Shown here one piece after another: positions 46,638 through 46,723 of a DNA stretch of 46,723 nucleotides. The stretch is taken from positions 1 through 46,723 of the forward strand of contig JAGVZD010000002.1 of NCBI GenBank assembly GCA_018302805.1. Direction: 5' to 3'. Source of the stretch: Candidatus Woesearchaeota archaeon. GTDB taxonomy: Archaea > Nanobdellota > Nanobdellia > SCGC-AAA011-G17 > JAGVZF01. A program made the position numbers and the translations under genes. Position 1 is the first letter of the stretch; each line of letters opens with the position of its first letter. The notes under the pieces were generated by a model, which made no database searches, was not told the origin of the DNA, and was given only the letters and a program-made list of their open reading frames with translations.

Positions 46638-46723
46638 ATAATCTTAGTTGCAGCAACCTTAACAATAGAACATTCGTATTATTTATAAAAGTTGCTACAG
46701 AAGGTTTTTAAGTGTAGTCTTGA

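Overview
AT-rich archaeal window, most consistent with a DPANN lineage such as Woesearchaeota or Pacearchaeota (archaeal-type ribosomal proteins, Alba, fused PriS-PriL primase, DacZ). About 17 kb (6966-23735, minus strand) is the S10/spc-type ribosomal superoperon from L3 to L14e, followed by prefoldin, primase, S17e and Alba; adk and cmk are absent from it. The flanks hold housekeeping and accessory genes. The most striking signal is in the RNA genes. All seven tRNAs I could fold carry bulge-helix-bulge (BHB) introns, ten in total, six at non-canonical positions. A tRNA-Ile(GAT) has three introns, one containing a decoy CAT anticodon, and a tRNA-Val(CAC) has two. Three introns at three different tRNA positions contain the same ~26-28 nt palindromic element (AAACTTTT-NNN-AAAAGTTT-AATCAAA), suggesting a mobile mini-element or mobile intron family. 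Other notable items: a free-standing LAGLIDADG endonuclease at a tRNA 3' end with a short direct repeat, a gene whose C-terminus resembles a diversity-generating-retroelement (DGR) variable region, a nucleotidyltransferase gene pair, a GH26-like gene broken by one in-frame TGA, and a split MetRS. All calls come from reading the sequence and motifs by eye; no searches were run.
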